Source: Piedraia hortae CBS 480.64 (Eukaryota). From it: a DNA stretch of 64,000 nucleotides. Positions 10,801-23,504 of this stretch are shown piece by piece. The stretch is taken from contig MU005984.1 of NCBI GenBank assembly GCA_010093745.1, positions 1 through 64,000 of the forward strand. Reading direction: 5' to 3'. A program made the translations under genes and the position numbers. The notes below the pieces were generated by a model. It had not been told where the DNA came from. It saw only the letters and a list, made by a program, of their open reading frames with translations, and ran no database searches. Numbering within the stretch: the stretch's first letter is position 1; the number at the start of each line of letters is the position of its first letter.

Positions 10801-13800
10801 ACCCCTTCCTCGTCCTTTATTGCTCTTTTCACCTGCCTCAACCCTTCTCTTCGCTATCCTCGGCACTGCGGCCTCTTTTGTGTGAATGAGTGGAGGCAGT
10901 TTCTTTTCATGCTCGTGGGCCTTCATCTGCTTGCCCGCATCATTGTAACACTGCAATTGACTACCATCGGGAGCTATCAGCGGCCCAGCCGTCGCCTTTG
11001 AGCGTTATGACCAAGGCGGAATTTTTCAAGAGCCTGCTTTGTTAATTCATCTTCGGCACCAAGGCCCGCTACAGCTCTTCCATTAAATGGGATGGTTCGT
11101 CATCACTCTCTCTGTCAGTAATTCAACAGCAATACAATCCAAGTGCTGGTCCCGGCCATCATTGTTCAGATGGCGGGACGACTAATTCAAGTTATCGCAA
11201 CGGCACAACAACTTGAGACGGGGGTATAGAAGGAAGGCTCAGCAATCTGCTCCAGCACTAGTGCAAGCTCACTAGATTCTACGCCGGCGCTGGAGTTTGG
11301 GTATCGCGTGGGAAATTTTGGGATCCAGTGCGCCAAGACGCCAAGCCATAACGAGTCAACGGCATTACCATAAATGGCAGGAGATTGGTGATGAAGCTAA
11401 CAATATCGAAGATATCAAGTGTCAGAAAACCGGCAGGCCACCGAATACACCACTGTGAACGGTCGAAGATGCCGTCTTGGCACACCCATAAATCTTCCGG
11501 CCCATACCCTTAAGGGCCGCCTAGAAGATGCAGTTTTTGACTAGACCACTAGACAATACTGCTGCTAGTATGCGAACATACTGGATCGTCGCCCAAATAC
11601 CTCTCGCCTGGCGCAAGATGAGAAGCCATGTTATCATCGTCTTGCGCCAAGAAAGAATTCGGGGTACATCAAGACCATGCCGACTTCCAAGTTTGGGTCA
11701 ATTGGCAAAACTGCCTATCCACTTCTTCTGGAGCTGCGGGAGGTTTAACAGTAAGGAGCATGGGAACTCCCCTATCAACACCGGGGAAAGAACAACGATT
11801 CCCTTAGCCGCCCAGATTTCAAGAAGTGAAAACATGCAAACAAGAAGACTGCCACGAGGGGTTGAAGCACTTCCTTGGACGCAGGACGCTGTGCGCCTCT
11901 GAAGGCGTATAACAAATGGCAAGGACGCACCTGTGAAAAAGGACCTTGCTGGACGCGCAGGGCCGCCTACCAATTTCATCTATCTACGCGGAAAGGACAT
12001 TACCTTGCTACCAAGCTCGCCTTCAGCGGCAGTGATCATCTAAAAGGGATGAATTGAATTCTGTCCTTGCGCGAGCCACTAGTCGAAAGATCGATGGCAG
12101 GAAGAAGCACACTACCGTTTCGTGTGCTCTTTCCCGACACTGTCCACCAGCCAGACAGATCCACATGACAAGATTTCCAAAGGTCACTCCTGACTTGTCG
12201 AGCCTCCCTGTTTGTCTACAGCCTCGAAGCCGCTGGTGTCTGAACGACAGCAGGACTCAAGTGCCTGCCGTTGCCGGTCGTCAATGAGACGCTCCGATCT
12301 TGCTTCTCTGTTGACTTCGGTGCACGTATGTGGACAATATTCCTCGTGAACTTCTCCAGGGAATTGGTCCGATGATTTGTCCTACCAAAACATGAAATGT
12401 TCGAACCTCGCTCGCAGCGAATGGAGGGGCTCTGCCGGTCTTCCATATGGATGTCACTGGAGGAACCGCCTCTGCGCCCCACGTTTTATGCAGCTGGCAG
12501 ATAAGGGCGGGTCAATGGTTGCGATGAATATTGAAAGGCTGAGCTGGAAGGGAAAGGGATTTGGAAGGTTGGACTGAAGGGAAAGGGAAATGGATGTTGT
12601 TGTGGGGAAATGTGGTGCTTGAGGCTGTGGAAACTGGGTTATGAAGAAGCTGAAAAAGAAAAAGATAAGGATGGCAGTGGCAGTGGCACAAGCGACGGCG
12701 AGAACCAATTTTCTCTTCCAAAAGTCTAATCTTGCCATTGAAGGGTTTAAGAGTCTTTTGGTGCGCAACGCCGCGGTTCGTTCTCGCAGAAGTCTGGGAA
12801 AATCGCTACCGTCCATCGCATCACCGTCGAAGATTGTCCCTCGTGGCAATCGGTGGCACCCGACTACATCTCACTAGTGTCACTGATCCTGAGAACTTGT
12901 GGCTGGATAAAATGGAAGGTTGCTGGTGCCGATTCTCAACCAAGCCATCAAACACCGTTGATCGTGGTTGAGTGTAGCAGCAATCCGAGGATCGGCGCTC
13001 GCCCCCAATACGCCAACAAGGCCAAGCCAGCGCAGGGAGAGGTTTGATTGTGGGAATATAAACTTAAGCTCGCCAAGATGACATGGATGGACTCAATGTT
13101 ACGGTGCTCAGAGGAAAAGGTTCAATAAGTCCCAACAACAAGGACAATCCAAACTGCTATCTACTGGGAAGCTAGGATACTATAAACCAATCCAGAAGCG
13201 CCGTCCATTCGCGCGTGGTAGCGAGTGTAGCTATGAATAACTAGCAGGGCGCGTCGGTGTATCAAATTCCCTGTGCGCTTAGGCGGCGCGGGCCGTCCCG
13301 CGCACATACAGCCTCGCCGTAACACTCAACTCCTCGGCCATTCCGATGAAGCGCAAGGTTTTGGTTTTGACTTGTTCCCTTGAGCCGTATGCTGCTCTCG
13401 ATCAATTGCAGCATGCGGACGAGCAGGAACCAGACTATGAAACGTCGTCCCGACAACCTTGTCACCGGCCCTCTCATCTCCTCCGAGGGTTTGAAAGTCA
13501 ATAGCACCAGGATTACTGCTGGCCCGTTCCTCGACTTGCCATGATACAACAGACACAGTCTGATAAAGACATTGGCCCTTCAACGCCACGACGCTTCAAA
13601 ATGGCGATTTCCACAAGACGACACCAGTGGCACCGATCCAAGTCTCCACGCCATGCCTAATCACACAGCTTCTGACACTCTAGTCATGAGAAACTCCCAC
13701 CTTTTGGATTATATGGATCTCGCACACCTACATCATGCTGGGAAGACCCAACGAGAAGTGATAGCAGCACAAGAATATTATTGGACAATGCTTTATGATT

Positions 13801-14059
13801 GTGAAGCCAGAAACAATCACTTGTCAGTGCGTTGTCGCTACATCCCTACAACACAATTGACGACACAGTAACGAAATGTGTTTCAATATACGTATAAACC
13901 ACCAAGACGAACAATAACAAACCGGATCACGTGACCCTTATTGTCGAACATATTTCTCGCCATCGCCTCCTATAGGAAGCTAGCGGAAGCTGAGTAGACC
14001 CAAGTTAACGTGATTCAAAAGCCTGATCAAGGCCGGTGAAAGTGCAGGTGGTAAACGCT

Positions 14060-17000
14060 CTCAGGTGTTCGACGCGTCGTCGACGCGTCGAACAGTGCCA
14101 CGTAACCCCCATGGAGCAGGACCTAGCGCAAGGACAGACACTCGAGCGCATTTGCTCCGACAGCTAATTGACCACCTAAACAAACTGGAAGAGAGCTTGG
14201 CGTAGGATTGCGACCGGGAGCTCGTGGTAATCGACCACATGCGTTCCGCTGCTGATCTGTGCCGTATCATGTTACACCAAGAGGACAAAAAGGGAACTTC
14301 GACGGTGGAGAATAAGGTTGACCTGGTTCTAAAAGCAATTCAGTCGGGGAAAGTGGGGCCTGCAGCGCCCGCTATGTCCGCACGCACGGTTACGAAGCCG
14401 CTATGGCGCAAAGTTGTGGACGGGACTGAACCAACAGCGACACTGGAGGTACGACTTCAACATAACAAGAACACCACATCAGAGGGAAAATTGGCCAAGA
14501 TCTGGAAGAACATACCCGACGCTAGGGCAATTATCTCCCACGCATGCGTTAAGGAAAGAGATCTCGGTCGTGGTACCCTCTGTGGCACGTCGAGACCGAC
14601 TTCTCACAACCGGGATAGCCAAGCAAGACGATTTCGAGCTCATCTGCCACCAAAAGCTGGTGATGGTAATGGGTATGCCACTCACCATCGAAATTGACAA
14701 CGAGGGGGTAATATGTAATGAAGCCTGGACCAGAGAAGCGTCAAAGAAGAACGCAGTCAGGATAGAGCCTGTGTCATGGCTCTATGGCACTAAGCAACTC
14801 GAGGATTTGAGACGCAGTCATCAAACGAAGGGTTCGATCATCGTGGAGGTTGCCACTGAAGCTGACCAGCGCCGAGTCGTTAAGGAGGGCATGTTCCAGG
14901 GAGCTCTCTGGCTACCCGTTAAGCTGTGGGATGTAATGAAATCGACTCAGAGCTTTCGCTGCTAGAAGTGGGGATATACCTAATCTGTGTGCAATGCCAC
15001 AACTGGTACATGTGGACATTGCACAGGAGCACATGACACAGCAATATAACAAGAAGGATGACAAGCACCTGCGCTGTGCTGGTTGTAAGCAAGCCGGACA
15101 TGCTGCCGGACATGCTGCCTGGATGACTCGGTCCTGTTCAGCCTCTAAGGTCTTCTGTGACCGACGTTGGCTCACCGTCCGTAAGCTGGTTGAAGCGATA
15201 CTGTCCATTCAACAGGGTACCCAACCCCAGATGATCCCCACACTTCCACCTAACGCAGAGGTCAATGACGGCTTTACATTGGTTGGAGGCTCACTGGAAC
15301 TTATGCACGCCGCACCGAGCAGACCAGTCGGCTTCACAAAGGCGGCAAGGGCCAAGGGCCAGACACACTTGTCCTTACCTTTTCCCACCCTAGACAACAT
15401 CTTCGGCGTGGCCAGCTCACCGGGTACTCATGGACATGCACCAGAATCCTTGACTGCAACTGCTGCAAAGGCATCACCTACCGCTGTCGCTGTGGCGGTT
15501 GCCGACCCTGTCACTGAGCCGCAACCCAGTGCTACCCCATTCAATCTGCCCGTACCTTATACTACTGCACCTCCTGTGCGCACAAGGAGTGCCCCCGCTC
15601 CGGCCACTCCAGCGCCTGGTCCATATGAGGTGGAATCGGGAGACCAACGCAACGCTGTAACCGAACCAAACGACGTGGACATGGCAAATACTCCTACTCA
15701 ATGTTAGGAACAACGATACTACCATACAACTGTGAAAATGGCAACAATAGACGCGCTAGAGAGGTGTTCGACTTGTTGGAGCCGACTGAATTCCCGATCC
15801 TGGCTATGCAAGAGCAAATGATGACAAAGAGGAACAAAATATATATACCGAAAATTATCGGTCCACTCGCCGAATCCACCATGGCATGAGAACACTATTC
15901 TTGCTATATGATAAGATCTCACTAACGGACTGGCAACTTCAAATGGCATCAGATCACGTGGAGCACATCCAATTCAGCACCCACCGAGGACCATTCCATA
16001 TAGTAAATGTGTACAACCCAGTAGGACCCGCGTCTCAACAAGACTTGAGACATGGACAACACTCGAAGGGATTTTGGAGGAGATCGCAAACGAAGTGTAC
16101 TGTTAATTGGAGACTTTAATTATCACCACCCACCCGGGGGACAACCAGGAACAGCAAGGGAGCCAAAGTCAGATCATCTCCTTGTGGTAATGGACAGTCG
16201 CAGCCTCCAGGTGCTCAACGAGCGAGGGGTGCCAACGTGGCAACGCGGCCAACGCAATAGTACAATCGACCTGAGATTTGCCTCTAGAGATCTTGTCAAG
16301 AGAGTGACCATATACAAGACTCGGCCAGAGTGGGCACCCTTGGAAGATCACTTCCCTATCGAAATTCAAATTGGAGGGGGGAGGGGGGGAGTCCGCTCTC
16401 AAGACGAGGACCTCTGGCAAATTTGATATAGAGGACGCACCATGGGAGGGGATGAGTGGGGAAATTGAGTCAAACACATGGGAAAACGAAGACCCTCACG
16501 TGTCGATTTATCGTGAAAGTGCTGAAAGATCACTGCAAGATTGCAAATCCATGCGAAGCCATGCGACAGGTCGTGGCCTGAATGGTCTCCCAGAGCTTCG
16601 GAGCTACTGGCCAATTCCCGGCGGGCTCGAAACAGCGTGACAGGCCCAGAAGTTCGTTGTATCGGGGTTGGGCTTGGACCTTGCTGGAGCTTTTGAAAAC
16701 GTCTCCTATGAACGGCTCTTGTGGAAACTGAGGCAAATGTGGTTCCCCTGTGGGTGTTTGGCATCGTAGAGTCGTTTTTGACTGGTTGTAGGGCCAAGCT
16801 CTCCTTTTTCCGGCAATGAGAGTCGGTGGCTTTGTACCGCCACTGGGATCCCACAGGGGTCAACCCTCTAGCCCGCTCTGTCCATTTTCTTCATCTCATA
16901 TCTCCTGAGCGTCTTCGAGCAGTTGGAGGGCAATTTGCTGGGTTTCGGGTTTGTGAACGACACGACCCTAATTGCATGGAGCGATAGCGCTGAAGACAAC

Positions 17001-18455
17001 TGCAGACGATTGACGCGAGCACACGAGAAATGCCTTGCATGAGCCAAGAGAAATGGTGCGAATTTTGCAACTGATAAGTATCAAATTATCCACTTCACCA
17101 AGAAGAGACGGATAATCGAAGACCTCAAGTCCACCATCCAGATCCAAGGACATGATACTGAGCTGGCCGACTCGCTAAGTGTGCTGGGCGTATGGTTAAA
17201 CCCTGCCCTGTCTTGGAAAGACCACATAGCGCGGGCGGCAAAGAAGGGACTGCACGACTTCGAATCCATGGCACAAATAACGTCGTCGGTTTGGGGGCCG
17301 TCAGTAAAAAAGCCTATGATATTGTACATAGCCGTGGCGAAACTGATTATGATTTACGGAGCTTAGGTGTGGTCGTTAGGAAAGGGGGGGTCAGCCCATG
17401 GCGAAGTCGGCACTGGGACCATTGATGACGGTCCAGAACCGATGCATACGCAAAATTACGGGGGCATAATAAAGGGCACCGGTCGCAGCCATAGAACGTG
17501 AAGCTGACATCGCACCGCTCGACATCTATCTGCACCAACTGGCGATCAAAAGAGCAGGCCAAACCGCAACGCACGATGTCATAAAAAGTATCAGCATTGC
17601 CCTACAGCAGGTATGGAGTTCAGCAACAAGAACAGGAGTGAGAAGGCGCCGAAAACGCCCCCTCCAACCGGTTACGACCATGTCGGCTGTACGGGTAGAG
17701 GCGCTGTTGGTGGTGAGTAGAGTAGACTTTCGATGGATGAGGGACAACGGGCACGCACATTATGGAAGCATATTTCGACACCAAGTGGGATGGCGAGAGA
17801 AAGCGAATAAACCGGGGCGAATGGCAGCTACCTGGCAGGGACGATGGAAGAAGAAACCGATAGACCTATACAATTGCCTGGCTAAACATAAGGCCACTGC
17901 GTTGTGTCTTCGCAGAATCGAAGCGCGTGTCCTGCGGGACTGACTCGAGAGGATAGGTGTACCAGGGGTATATTCCCAGTGCACATATGGCCCACAAAAA
18001 CAGACCCTAGACCATTTTGTGGGGTTCTGCCTGGCGTTGCGCGCAGCCCACCAGTGGATAATGGCAAACACCAGTGCCACACGAATACGCGGGACCTTAC
18101 AAGACGAGTACAAAGCCGGGAATGCGGCCAGATGGCTGCTGTGCACCGGCCTGCTGGATCAGTTCCTGGTGGCAGTAGAAGATGAAGATCAGGAGATGGA
18201 GGGGTGGAAGGCGTTCGACGCGCTTCCAAGCATACCATGTTAGGCTCTTCACCATAACGGAAGCACTGACAGTTGTGGAATTCTGTACCGGCTCAAGATG
18301 ATGATAATAGAAAAACAAGGGCCAAGACGAGGTTTTGGAAGCCCCTAGCTCTGGTCTGGTGTGGAATTTTACTCGCGGCATCGTAGTCATGTGAGTGCTC
18401 ATAGACCCGCAAAGGGCCCATATAGCACCATAGTTGATTTATTATCATAATAAAC
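14060..18455 (+). mobile_element. Degenerate non-LTR retrotransposon (Tad1-like LINE): ORF1 with zinc knuckles, ORF2 with APE endonuclease and partial RT
   Basis: ORF1 (about 14065-15707) has CCHC-type knuckles (FRC*KWGY..C, CGHCTGAH, CAGCKQAGH). ORF2 from 15701 has ILPYNC, LAMQE, LIGDFNYHH, STIDL and EDHFPI. RT motifs are LDLAGAFENV, GIPQGS, GFVND and LGVWL, with a C-terminal CTYG..QTLDHFVGFC. Many stops and frameshifts; AT-rich tail near 18440-18455. Ends are approximate. Confidence 0.9.
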
Positions 18456-19415
18456 CACCAAGGAGCAATTCTCCATTTCGCACTGAAACATCATCTGGGA
18501 ATGCCTGCGAATTACGACCCCTTAACCTTCAACGAGTTGATGTTTTTCGTTCTCAGTTCATTGCATTGTGGCTGATCAGCTACCACCTAGTAAAAAGGTT
18601 CTTGGAAGTTCGCGTACGCGAGAAGGATGATGTCAACTGTGATCATTCGACGGCAAAGTCAAACGAGACTTCCATCTCCGAAGAAAATGACAAGGAGCCG
18701 TATCTCTTCTAAAGGGTTTATTATGCGTTCTGATTGATTTTGTATGCAGTTTGGAAGCAACCAAGTTATTCAATTCATGATTTCGTGCGAGAAAACTGTC
18801 AGCGAACTTTGTAGCAGACACTTTGGTGCATGCATTGCGCTTCTTCGCCCATTTATGCTAAGTGTTTGCCATCTCCTGATTGTATCCGTGTTTGCGTCTA
18901 TCGTCGTGTTTGTCTCAATGCCGACTATTCCGAATGAAACCACAGGACTCAGGGTGGGGCTAGGTAAAGTGCTTCTCCCCGGTAAAATTGCCTGCATTCA
19001 TCCCACACCCGCAAGATGATATTGATATACATATATTCCTAGTCGTCCGCAAAGCGCAAACCTTACCAAGCCATGGAAAATTTCTCCACCGCGTAAAGAG
19101 CGAATTTTATCTCGAATGTCGTATATTTTCACGCTTATACAACACGGCCACCGTAATATCCAGCACCGGGAGGCAGTTCGCAACAAAGACTTACAGCCAT
19201 GAAGCCAACTGGGATTCACTAAACCGTGCATTTCTTTTCTACTATGATACCACACAATGACTTGTTAAAGATTACGTATATACCCTATCCAAAAACACAT
19301 CATACGCCACAGTAACACGATATGTCCTTACCCTGCTCTTTGAATATATAACCAGCAGGATTCTCTCCCCTACATTTCCAAATAAAATCACTCAAGCACG
19401 CGGTGATTCGCCAAG

Positions 19416-19553
19416 ATGACGCAAATTCATATCCAGTACTGGCCGGAGTACAACGTCCAAGAACAAACCTTCACCGCCCACATTATCATGTTCTTCCTGA
19501 TCTTTGCATTTGTGTGGGTGCTGCGCAGCCTGGTAGAGGCTGTCAAGGGGTAA
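19416..19553 (+). CDS. Candidate 45-aa single-TM microprotein
   Basis: MTQIHIQYWPEYNVQEQTFTAHIIMFFLIFAFVWVLRSLVEAVKG*. TATATAA at 19345-19351, A at -3, mostly C/G-ending codons. Confidence 0.35.
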   Translation: MTQIHIQYWPEYNVQEQTFTAHIIMFFLIFAFVWVLRSLVEAVKG

Positions 19554-19999
19554 TGCGAACCTCGCAGGGAAGTGCCCCAAGCTACCGAAGTAGGCTGTGG
19601 AAGAGGAGAAGGATAGATACCCGCTGGAGAGAGTGTGGTATATGTACTAGGATCTTAGGTATATGGTTACGAAGTCCAGTCTCCAAAGTATTTCAGTCTC
19701 CAACCCGAGGTTCTTTCTCAAACGTACTGGGTAAGAGGTCCAAGTGTGACCTCCTGTTTGACTCATCAAAAACCCATCCCGGTTAGCGCACATTTTTTCC
19801 TCAGCCGTCAATCATTTCCGCACACGTACCCACATGTCTCACAATTACAACATTTTGCCACCGCCGCACGTTTTGTCAAGATATATCGGATTGGTGCATA
19901 GCGGGAGGTGACACACCCTTGAACCTAACATTTTTGGCAGAAGCTTTCAAGCCCGCAACTTCCATCTCGAGGACGCCGAGGACACATCTGAAAATTCGC

Positions 20000-21300
20000 C
20001 ACACCTTAGCTTCGAAGTTATATATTCGCACGAAAGATTGCGGCATGACTGACTCGACGAGATGGACACAGGCTTGCCGCAAGGCTGGCGCAAGATAAGA
20101 GCTATGCAGTGTCGGCATTTCCACCGGATTTCACAAGACTGTTGCAGGACCTTGGCGGGACTTACAATTCCATACACGATCCCTATGTTATCGTCTTGAC
20201 TGGCCAGTTCACTTGTCACTCCCGCCCACTGTCACCTCCTCGAAGCCTTCCATGCCTAACACACTACTGTCCATATCGTTCACATCGCCTCTTCGCAGGC
20301 CGTGCCCGCAAACCCAACACCTAGATCTCCACGCCTCTCCCAGTCAAGCTCCGCAATGTCCTTCTCAGAAATTCTGGTAATATGGTCAGTGATATGTCCT
20401 TCTAACGGCGGCCGGTCGACTTATTTGGCGTTTGCCACACATTTTTGCAATTGGACCTCTGCCTTCCGGCAGAAGTCCGGAGCGCCCAGGCTGGTTGGTT
20501 TGTTCATGGATTTCCACCGCTTCACAGATGTTAAATTGCATCAAATAGGATTGAATAATACTGTCAACGTACCCAAGTGGCAGCCAAGGCAGCCCTCTCC
20601 ACGATTATGGTATGAGACCGGATCTCCCGACGAGTCACAACCTGCACCCTTTGTGCAAGTGACAAGGCCTGCCCAACAGCATTGCCGAGAGTCTGCTTGA
20701 ATTTGGACCGAATTGCCACTGTGCTCGGCGGATGACGGCTTGAGATGCTGGTCCGGAGTCCTCTGTCAAAACATCGCGACCCACCGACTCTGCCTGTGGA
20801 TTTAATCAGCAAAGTCTATTGCAGACGACATGTACCTACATGCAGAGCCACCATATCATCCCATAAATGAGCACCGAACGTCTCTGTCTCGATGATTTGC
20901 CGCATGGCCGTTCGCACAGCCTGATATGGCGAGTTCATTCCCTGGTTTTTCTGTTGTTGTTGCAACATGTCTCCCATCAGCCAGGCAGGCAGACAATGCC
21001 GGGCTCATAATCTAGTGAGCCACATGGCTCATAACTATGACATGTGGCAGCCGCCAAGCTAAACAACAGACGATCCCGGGCCCATAACCTGTTGGGAAGA
21101 TGCCACGGAAGGAAAGTAAGCCGAGCCCATAACTGTGTGGAGTCGAGTGACAGCAGAGCAATCCAGGGTCATAGCCTATTGTGACATAGCAGGCAAAACG
21201 GGAACGACGCTCAATAGGCTGGTGTGACCGGATTCACCGGATTCACGAGTGATTCCCAACAGCTAGCTGAGATCATGTTGGCCGAGTTCAGAACTGAATT
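20000..21300 (-). pseudogene. Possible decayed gene relic, unidentified
   Basis: Protein-like frame fragments (…NSPYQAVRTAMRQIIETETFGAHLWDDMVALH) followed by an intron-like GTAGGT...GCTGAT...CAG. Repeated (Q/T)(V/A/I)M(G/S/T) motifs are broken by stops. Confidence 0.25.
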
Positions 21301-21812
21301 TGTGATGCTGCATTCTCAAATTCCCCCTTCAAACATCCAAGGCCTTTCGTGACATATATGGTGGGTCCGCCAATCCATGAGTGATATGAACATACTGGTG
21401 TTGCTCATGCCCGCCAAACTTAAGATACCGCCCAACCATCGACCTATAGCCACGCCAATACAATCCGAAGCCATCGACAAAGGCTAGAAAAGGGAAGGGG
21501 ATTTGCGGCTGCCAAACTGATCGACCGTGATCAAATTATTGGACCGTTAGGAGTGGTTGGAGTCGCTGTCTGGGAATTTGGGCATGTCTCCTAGCTCGCT
21601 TCGCCGTGGACATGGGTCCCAGCACAGATATGTTAGTCTCGCTGGGAGTCATGTGCATAGAAGGCATTCATCTGCCTGCCTTCTATGCATCACTTTTCTT
21701 GTGGTCATCTTGGCAGGATCTCCGGTTCCAAAGCCACTGTGGCATGGTGAATCCTCCAGAAAAAGCATTTTGGCATCACCCAGCTCTTCAATAATGGCAT
21801 TTCGCGAGTTCC

Positions 21813-23255
21813 TCAGTCAACAAAGCCAGCCCACTCCTCTTCGCCTTTCTCGTCATCCTGGCTCCTGCGCACAAACGCAGCAACAAAGAATCCCATGGTC
21901 TCAACGCCCTTATTACATCTCATGCACGCATCAGAAAGGTCTCTTCTGTCCCCGAAAGCGGTTTCCAGCCCGCGTATCGGCCAGTTCCTCATACCGAGAA
22001 CCTGCTCGTCTCTCTTCAATAGCCTCCAGTCCTTTCCGCTCTTTGAGTTCAAAACAGCCATGACCACGTCCTCGTTCTCCTGTTGATGAACGGAACAAGT
22101 TGAGTATACGATATGCTTCACTGACGGAAATTTCATGGCATGTTCCACTATTCTGCTTTGGAAAGACGACAACTTGCTCAGTCGAGTAGCCAAGGCTTCG
22201 CCACTGTCATCCTGCTCAACTTCCCCTGCAGGAGTGGGTTCCCTTTTCCTTTTCTTTCCTTTAGTGTGTGGTTTGCCCTCCGCAGTTACTGGTAGATGCA
22301 GAGTCAGTTTGCCCTCTCTACCCAGCATACCGCTACCAGAACAACTCGGATCAAGAAGAATGGCATTCACGCCGGGCCACTTCTCGGGCTCGAGAGTCAA
22401 GAAATCAGTCTTGCCCAAAACCTCCACATTAGTCGCACCAGCAAGGGCGACCATCTTTTTCAAAACACCACTCCTTATCTCATCGCGCTCACATGCGAAT
22501 ACCTTACCCGCCGCACCCAATGTGGCTGCAAGGTGGGTAGTCTTGTTCCCTGGCGCAGCACAAGCGTCTATGCAATCCCCCTGCAGCCCCTGGTCCATCA
22601 GACACACAGGAAAACACGAAGCCTTATTCTGAAGTATGATTCTTCCAGTTTTATACGCCCCCCAGCTTGTGATATTGTCCACACTAGGAACCGCGACGAG
22701 GTTCGGCACATGCGGATCCACAAACACCTTGCCCTCGGCGGGTGGGAAGAAATCCGTCTCCTTGAACTGCTTGAAAGTCGATTTCAATTCCTGCTCGAGG
22801 GTAGTCTTGAGGCTGTTGACCCTAATCCATCTGACTTCTTCCTCATGAGATGCAGCATCTTTGTCAAGCTGCGCGCACAACGTCTCCAGGTCGGTGCAGC
22901 CGCGTGCCAGCCGCGCACGTACGAACTCGCCATGCAGACGCGCCTTGTGTCGCTCGATGGACTTGCGTAATTTATGTTCTGCGGACAGAGATAATCCCGT
23001 ACTAGAGAAGAAGTGGTCATGCAGCAGCACGAGAGCAATGGTAGGAGAGAGGCTGCGCTCCGCGGTAAGCAGGTCGCTCGCGGTTATGACGGTGCTGAGG
23101 AAAGATGAAAATTTGAGGGTCTGCATGCATAGCGCGTAGAGACGCTTCGCGGAGGTTTTGAAGTGGGAGGGATGGGAGAAGATGAGGGACTTAAGCGATG
23201 AGGAATCCGTAGAGTATTGGCATAGTATGGTTGAGGACTCAGTGTAGAGAGCCAT
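21813..23255 (-). CDS. RCM1: 25S rRNA cytosine-C5 methyltransferase (NSUN5/Rcm1)
   Basis: Motifs RWIRVNSLK, QNKASCFP, DACAAPGNKT, LLDPSCSGSG, YSTCSVH..ENE and GFFVA. Confidence 0.92.
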   Translation of the reverse strand: MALYTESSTILCQYSTDSSSLKSLIFSHPSHFKTSAKRLYALCMQTLKFSSFLSTVITASDLLTAERSLSPTIALVLLHDHFFSSTGLSLSAEHKLRKSIERHKARLHGEFVRARLARGCTDLETLCAQLDKDAASHEEEVRWIRVNSLKTTLEQELKSTFKQFKETDFFPPAEGKVFVDPHVPNLVAVPSVDNITSWGAYKTGRIILQNKASCFPVCLMDQGLQGDCIDACAAPGNKTTHLAATLGAAGKVFACERDEIRSGVLKKMVALAGATNVEVLGKTDFLTLEPEKWPGVNAILLDPSCSGSGMLGREGKLTLHLPVTAEGKPHTKGKKRKREPTPAGEVEQDDSGEALATRLSKLSSFQSRIVEHAMKFPSVKHIVYSTCSVHQQENEDVVMAVLNSKSGKDWRLLKRDEQVLGMRNWPIRGLETAFGDRRDLSDACMRCNKGVETMGFFVAAFVRRSQDDEKGEEEWAGFVD

Positions 23256-23504
23256 CCTGGAAAAAAATTTTGGGAGAGCGAGGTTAGAGTGGGTGCGGGG
23301 GCCGAAGTGGGGGCGCTTGGCACTCTGCACTTGGGTTGTTACGGAGAATACAACAGAATTTCCACAGACATTATGGATAAAAAGTTTCACCGTATTACAT
23401 ACATTTTGGTTGCCTCATACACGTAGTCACAGCCTACGCTGTGTGCCATTTTTCGCTGCAGATAGTGATACATGAAGCAATAGGACAGTCTTGCTATAAT
23501 GAGC

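Noticed and set aside
13440..13810. Ty3/gypsy integrase zinc-finger remnant (AHLHHAG...EYYWTM)
   Set aside because: The resemblance is too short and no RT, RNase H, DDE core or LTRs were recognisable; an HMM search is needed.
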